Shown here: positions 59,554 to 64,000 of the stretch, one piece after another
Layout of the letters: every line of letters starts with the position of its first letter
Numbering within the stretch: the stretch's first letter is position 1
From: an uncultured cyanobacterium
GTDB lineage: Bacteria > Cyanobacteriota > Cyanobacteriia > Cyanobacteriales > Nostocaceae
Direction: 5' to 3'
NCBI GenBank assembly: GCA_963706595.1
Contig: OY970166.1
Location: 1,568,001 to 1,632,000 of the forward strand
Length of the DNA stretch: 64,000 nucleotides
Notes under the pieces: model-generated
What the model saw: only the letters and a program-made list of their open reading frames with translations
Database searches by the model: none
Told to the model about the DNA's origin: nothing
Translations under genes and position numbers: made by a program

Positions 59554-59650
59554 TACTCAAAATTGATAGATGCAAATTCTGTAGGGGCGGATTTACAGAT
59601 ATGCTCAATTACCCATAAGTGATGCCAAAAATTTTGTAGCGTCTTAAGGA

Positions 59651-59803
59651 TACGGTGTACACACAAGTCGGAAAATTCTCTTTTGTGTCATGAAACCCCA
59701 CCCCTAACCCCTCCCCGCAAGCGAGGAGGGGAATAAGATTTACAGTTAAATTCTATTTTTAGGGCTGAAAACTCGCTCTAATCGAATTTGTGTGTACACG
59801 GTA
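59651..59803. mobile_element. MITE (TIR tacggtgtacacacaa...ttgtgtgtacacggta) with internal REP-like hairpin
   Basis: 16-bp near-perfect TIR; a single related end lies at 30754-30770. Confidence 0.7.
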
Positions 59804-59859
59804 GCGTTTTAAAGAGAGGACTGAAGTCCTCACTAAGAACTTTGATTACGCTGTTTTAA

Positions 59860-60201
59860 TTAGAGCGCGGATTGAATTATTTCTGTGTATTGTTTTTTCG
59901 GTTTTAAGCCGACAATTTGTGATAATACTTGCTGATTTTTCAGTAATACTACTGTGGGAGCGCTTCTGACACTATATTTAATTGCCAGTTCAGGTTCTTC
60001 GCTCATATCAAGTTCAACTAAATGTAAGCTGTCTGTATGATCAACAGCTATTTGATGTAGTACAGGTTTAAGTGTTTCGCAGGAAGGACAGTAGGGAGCG
60101 ACAAATTTGACAATGATTAGCTGCTCGGATTCCTGCATTAACCATTCAAAAGCTGCTCGTCCGGTGAAGAATGTTTGATCAATAGAAAAAGTGTCTTGCA
60201 T
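59860..60201 (-). CDS. Thioredoxin (resembles the Trx domain of NTRC)
   Basis: CPSC active site, VRSAPTV; N-terminal FSIDQT..TGRAAF..L..ES. Confidence 0.8.
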   Translation of the reverse strand: MQDTFSIDQTFFTGRAAFEWLMQESEQLIIVKFVAPYCPSCETLKPVLHQIAVDHTDSLHLVELDMSEEPELAIKYSVRSAPTVVLLKNQQVLSQIVGLKPKKQYTEIIQSAL

Positions 60202-60236
60202 ATTTTTTCCCTAATAATTGTGATAAAAAGTACTAT

Positions 60237-61315
<1,079 letters not shown>

Positions 61316-61326
61316 TTTTCGTTGAT

Positions 61327-61896
61327 TTATTGAGTCAAAGCAGTGTCAAGAACCGTTTGATAATCTGCTAAATTTGGATTGTTGCGGTGCTGTGCTAGTA
61401 TTTTCCCGGTTTTAGGCTCAACGATGGTCAGCATTCCCGTTTGAGACTTATTGGCAGATAAAAATTCGCTTAGTCCTAATTCTTTTGCTTTCGCTTCTGC
61501 TTCAGCTGTGGTGGCTTTATCGCTAACATCCAAAACTACAAAATGGACTTTTCCTTCATAGTCTTTTTCCAGTTGGGATAATGTCGGCGCAATATTCTTA
61601 CAAGCAGAACACCAACTAGCAAACACATCTACTAATACTGGTTTATCCTGAATTTCTTGGGCGAGGGGACCCCCTACAGATTTGGCTTTAGCAGCACAGG
61701 GATTTTTAGATGCACAGGGGTTTTTAGACGCACAGGGGTTTTTAGACGCGCAGGGATTTGACTGAGCAACATCTGTAGTTGATGGGGAGGCTTGATTTTG
61801 AGAAATATTATTTGGGTTGGTTGCGCTGCATGATACTGTCAAAACCAGTCCACTCAAACACAGTAGACTTAAGAAAAATTTGCTCGGTTTGTACAT
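61327..61896 (-). CDS. Thioredoxin-like lipoprotein with NPCASK repeats
   Basis: Lipobox LTVSC; (NPCA[S/A]K)x4; WCSAC; GAGG RBS before ATG 61896. Confidence 0.85.
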   Translation of the reverse strand: MYKPSKFFLSLLCLSGLVLTVSCSATNPNNISQNQASPSTTDVAQSNPCASKNPCASKNPCASKNPCAAKAKSVGGPLAQEIQDKPVLVDVFASWCSACKNIAPTLSQLEKDYEGKVHFVVLDVSDKATTAEAEAKAKELGLSEFLSANKSQTGMLTIVEPKTGKILAQHRNNPNLADYQTVLDTALTQ

Positions 61897-62014
61897 TGTT
61901 CTTTTCCTCACACTTCAACGATATAGTTCTGACACAATGCGCCTTACCTAGATTTCCGGTTGTTTCCCTGAATTGAGGGATGGTAACTGTGAATTGTGGC
62001 GCATCTGTTTATAA

Positions 62015-62039
62015 GACGAGTGAAGATCAGAATTGGATT
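62015..62039 (-). promoter_or_regulatory. Putative ECF sigma promoter
   Basis: Minus strand AATCC-N16-CGTC. Confidence 0.65.
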
Positions 62040-62137
62040 TAATTAAATTCAAAATGACTTTTCAGCATCTGACGGGGCGTTTGCAGTCATGAAAAATTAG
62101 CTTTACCCCTATTGTTAGGAGTAAAGCCATAATTCAA

Positions 62138-62653
62138 TTAATTGTTTGCTAAAGCGGTTTCGAGTATTTTTTTGTAGTCAGCCTTGTTAGCATTGTTTTG
62201 GTACAAAGCTAAAATGTTGCCAGTAGCCGGGTCAACGATCGCTACTGTACTTGTTTTGCTCTTATTCGCTGCGAGGAATTTCCCTAGACCTAATTTTTCG
62301 GCTTTAGCTTCCGTTTTTTTGAGTTTGGCTTTATCAGTTACATCCAAGACAACAAAGTTAACCTTGCCGGAGTATTCCTGTTTTAACTGCGACAGGGTAG
62401 GCGCAATATTTTTACAGCCAGAACACCAAGTAGCAAACACATCCACCACTACTGGTTTACCTTGAAGTTCTTTGGCTAGGGGTCCCCCTACAGAATTGGT
62501 TTTAGCTGCACCAGAATTTGCCTGAGCAATTTTTGTAATTGATGATTGAGCTTCAGTTGCAGAAATACTAGCTGAGGTCGTTGCTACCGTCGATACGGTA
62601 AAAACAAGGCTGCTCAAACAAATTTTGAGCAAGAAGTTCGCGTGTTTGTGCAT
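62138..62653 (-). CDS. Exported thioredoxin-like protein (paralog of 61327-61896)
   Basis: Signal peptide; SVGGPLA...VDVFATWCSGCKNIAPTLSQL. Confidence 0.85.
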   Translation of the reverse strand: MHKHANFLLKICLSSLVFTVSTVATTSASISATEAQSSITKIAQANSGAAKTNSVGGPLAKELQGKPVVVDVFATWCSGCKNIAPTLSQLKQEYSGKVNFVVLDVTDKAKLKKTEAKAEKLGLGKFLAANKSKTSTVAIVDPATGNILALYQNNANKADYKKILETALANN

Positions 62654-62768
62654 AAAATTTTTCCTGTTTTATAGCTTCAATTGCTGGACGGATGCTGCCA
62701 CAATGCAAAATACAAAGTTTTGTGGTATTGGGAACTGGAACTGTGAATTGTGGAGCCTCTGTTTATAG

Positions 62769-62793
62769 GACGACTGAAGATCAGAATTGGATT
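62769..62793 (-). promoter_or_regulatory. Putative ECF sigma promoter
   Basis: Minus strand AATCC-N16-CGTC. Confidence 0.65.
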
Positions 62794-62815
62794 TAATTAA
62801 ATTTAAAAATTCAGC

Positions 62816-62840
62816 AATCCGATTGTCTTTGCCAGTCGTC
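62816..62840 (+). promoter_or_regulatory. Putative autoregulatory ECF sigma promoter
   Basis: Plus strand AATCC-gattgtctttgccagt-CGTC upstream of the sigma gene. Confidence 0.65.
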
Positions 62841-62962
62841 ATTAGAATAGATGGTATTTTCTAGAGGAAAGATTTACTTGTTTGAGTTTTGGAGAAAGGT
62901 GATGGAACAAAGCTTATCGCTAACTTGCTCCGGTATCTGTTCAGTCCTGTTTTTAACACAGC

Positions 62963-63568
62963 ATGGAGCCTAAACTTCCCCAGCCAAATTCCAGCGAACC
63001 TTCATCTACTACAGATGAAGCCTTATTTGTGGCGCTCAAAAATGGCGACTCCTCAGCATTAAGCATTTTGTTTAATCGTCATGGTCGTCTGGTATATGGA
63101 TTAGCATTGAAAATATTGGCTAACTCCCAAGAAGCCGAAGATTTAACTCAGGAAATTTTTCTGACGCTGTGGCGAAAAGCATCTAGTAATCCAGATTGTC
63201 GCTTTTTTGTGCGCTATCTGGTGACGGTAACGCGATCGCGCGCCATTGATAAGCTGCGCGATCGCAACAGACAACTCAAACTTGTGGAACGGTGGGGACA
63301 AACCATGTCAAATGAAGCAACACCTTCTCCAACGCCTGTTGAACAAGCAACCTTTGCAGAGCGATCTGGGCGAATTTACAAAGCATTGAGACAACTTCCC
63401 GAAAAACAGCGTCAAGTAATTGAACTGGCTTATAACCAAGGATTAAGTCAGTCAGAAATTGCCAAACAAATTGATATCCCTCTGGGTACAGTCAAAACCT
63501 GCACCCGTCAAGGATTACTAAAACTCAAGCGCATTTTAATAGATTCGGATTTATCAATATATGAATAA
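62963..63568 (+). CDS. ECF sigma-70 factor (SigK/SigI-like)
   Basis: AEDLTQEIFLTLW, RSRAIDKLR, LPEKQRQVIELAY..GLSQSEIA...PLGTVK. Confidence 0.92.
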   Translation: MEPKLPQPNSSEPSSTTDEALFVALKNGDSSALSILFNRHGRLVYGLALKILANSQEAEDLTQEIFLTLWRKASSNPDCRFFVRYLVTVTRSRAIDKLRDRNRQLKLVERWGQTMSNEATPSPTPVEQATFAERSGRIYKALRQLPEKQRQVIELAYNQGLSQSEIAKQIDIPLGTVKTCTRQGLLKLKRILIDSDLSIYE

Positions 63569-64000
63569 ATCTTTCGATCCCGAATACATCAAAAACCTAG
63601 CTGCGGGGTTTGTCGTAGATGATCTCACCCCTGAAGAAATGGCAGAATTTCGGCTGTTGCTGGATCAAAATCCCGAACTTATAGCTGAAGTGGAGGATTT
63701 GCAGGAAGTTTTGCGACAAGTTGTAGATGGTTTCACCGAGGTAGAAGCACCAGCCCATTTATTACCAAAAATTCTAGAACAAGCTCAAGATTCCACCAAA
63801 AAAGCTACTGTGATTCAAGGAAACTTTCCAGGAGTCGCTACGCGAAACTCCCCCGGAGTCGCTACGCGAACGCCTCAACGGTGGATAAAAATGGCTGGTA
63901 GTATCGCAGCATTATTTGTAGTGGTTCTAGGAGTTGATAACTATCGACTACGGCAAAATCTGGGTATTGTCACAGCCGATAACCAGCGTTTACGCCAGGA
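63561..64000 (+). CDS. Membrane-anchored anti-sigma factor (RskA-like), runs off the window end
   Basis: Hand translation MNKSFDPEYIKNLAAGFVVDDLTPEE...APAHLLPKIL...WIKMAGSIAALFVVVLGVDNYRLRQ; overlaps the sigma stop codon. Confidence 0.85.
   Translation, partial: MNKSFDPEYIKNLAAGFVVDDLTPEEMAEFRLLLDQNPELIAEVEDLQEVLRQVVDGFTEVEAPAHLLPKILEQAQDSTKKATVIQGNFPGVATRNSPGVATRTPQRWIKMAGSIAALFVVVLGVDNYRLRQNLGIVTADNQRLRQ

Overview
A 64-kb chromosomal window from a filamentous, heterocyst-forming cyanobacterium (Nostocales-like). The evidence is frequent HIP1 (GCGATCGC) sites, STRR heptamer tandem repeats, psbH/psbN and the septal-junction fraCDE(F) locus. Most of the window is housekeeping and signalling genes: purN, cobO, cysQ, rsmI, rpsU, pth, tatA, mnmE, ilvA, a PAS/GAF hybrid histidine kinase and a 1.9-kaa Ser/Thr-AAA-GAF-His kinase. 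These are densely interspersed with MITEs, REP-like hairpins and very short mobile repeats, several inserted in frame in genes. Main observations: (1) a redox island at 56.3-64 kb in which four promoters share an AATCC-N16-CGT(C/A) motif, suggesting a complete ECF-sigma/anti-sigma regulon (two exported thioredoxins, one with NPCASK repeats, CcdA, a deleted thioredoxin reductase plus Trx, DedA, a peroxiredoxin-like protein and a MerA-like reductase); (2) a stand-alone AetD-like diiron oxidase; (3) an IS200/IS605 derivative without protein genes that keeps a promoter and a TnpB omega-RNA-like end; (4) a small ORF bracketed by self-palindromic 25-bp inverted repeats that abut an IS4 fragment; (5) a CHAT-STAND-TPR protease; (6) in-frame insertions that split HIP1 sites. 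All family assignments come from recognising motifs by eye; no database search was run.
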